IMG/VR virus record: IMGVR_UViG_3300044994_000093
Reading direction: 5' to 3' (one strand)
From: a virus
DNA length: 41,366 bases
Shown: positions 40,937 through 41,366 of the stretch, piece by piece
How positions within the stretch are numbered: the first letter of the stretch is position 1
How the letters are laid out: every line of letters begins with the position of its first letter
Notes under the pieces: generated by a model
Seen by the model: the letters and a program-made list of their open reading frames with translations, nothing else
The model's database searches: none
Told to the model about the DNA's origin: nothing
Made by a program: the position numbers and the translations under genes

Positions 40937-41366
40937 TAACGAGTCACCTCCACAACATCCGCCTGGATCTGCTGCCAGGGGTAATCAAAGCGAAACTCCT
41001 CGCGGCCGGTGGGCTTGTCGATGCCGACGAAAATAGCCATGACACCCATGCGCGGATAGGTCACCTCCACATCCACACGGGATGCAACACCGTCCTCGAT
41101 GAGCCATCGCAAGGCTTCCCGGCAATATTCCTGAGCCCTGGCCAGCGTGGCCTGGGTCTGTTTTTCCCGGCTCAACAGCCAGAGTCGGCTGCCGATTCGG
41201 TCACCTTGAATGGGCTCAAAGGTATCGCCCCACCATCCCCGACGTGAGCCAGCGTCATAGGGCAACGGGTCATCGATACGCGCCCGGCGATCGGTAAACA
41301 GCGAGACGATCACTGCCGAATGCAGGTCCTGGCCGGTGGCCAGATCAGCGTTCTCCAGATAGAAAT
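40936..41366 (-). CDS. Baseplate protein Mu gp46-like, 3' part. The true start is at 170, across the circular junction; the M at 41313 in the ORF track is internal.
   Basis: The frame is open to the window end and continues in phase into 1..170. Confidence 0.8.
   Translation of the reverse strand, partial: FYLENADLATGQDLHSAVIVSLFTDRRARIDDPLPYDAGSRRGWWGDTFEPIQGDRIGSRLWLLSREKQTQATLARAQEYCREALRWLIEDGVASRVDVEVTYPRMGVMAIFVGIDKPTGREEFRFDYPWQQIQADVVEVTR
41240..41366. repeat. Second copy of the 127-bp terminal direct repeat
   Basis: Identical to 1..127. Confidence 0.95.

Noticed and set aside
40365-41036. Long plus-strand ORFs antisense to structural genes, e.g. 40365..41036 (223 aa), 13282..13845, 26719..27261, 12269..12730 and 7794..8297.
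   Set aside because: Each lies fully inside a minus-strand gene with clear family motifs. Their translations are Arg/Ser/Pro/Ala-rich and low in complexity, and they lack SD sequences. This is the typical shadow-ORF pattern of GC-rich coding DNA.
1-41366. CRISPR arrays, a diversity-generating retroelement, retrons, or a Mu-type transposition module.
   Set aside because: No spaced direct-repeat array, no reverse transcriptase ORF, no template/variable repeat pair near the fibre genes, and no MuA/MuB-like transposase or ATPase were seen, despite the Mu-like tail.

Overview
The window is one complete, linearised tailed-phage genome. Bases 1-127 are repeated exactly at 41240-41366, so the unique circle is 41239 bp, and no host flanks are present. 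All homology calls were made by eye from motifs and gene order. No database or folding tool was run.

Gene layout:
- **Minus strand (about 87 percent of the genome), three tightly coupled blocks:**
  - Early genes (29595 down to 18002): Cro-like HTH, a tRNA locus, a YqaJ-exonuclease/RecT pair, a J-domain protein, RuvC-like resolvase, SF2 helicase, replisome organiser, and regulators.
  - Two orphan DNA methyltransferases, followed by lambda-type packaging and head genes: Nu1-like TerS, GpA-like TerL, gpW, lambda-family portal, ClpP-type protease/scaffold, decoration-slot protein, and Mu gpT-like capsid.
  - A Mu-type contractile tail and baseplate (gp37 to gp48 equivalents), then tail fibre, accessory genes and lysis genes.
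- **Plus-strand lysogeny/moron island (29686-34326):** leaderless CI-like repressor, a co-transcribed membrane protein, a large serine integrase, a secreted SNase-like nuclease, and higBA.

Most notable observations:
1. An intact patatin-like phospholipase overlaps the stop codon of the M15 endolysin (ATGA) at the very end of the late operon. No spanin genes are recognisable.
2. A 444-bp stretch inside the otherwise gap-free early operon is saturated with stop codons. It contains a tRNA-like element and six same-orientation GGTGA motifs.
3. An in-frame TAG interrupts the essential tail sheath gene, although TAG is an ordinary stop codon elsewhere in the genome.
4. A tRNA-Trp(CCA) gene sits next to a second, non-canonical tRNA-like structure.
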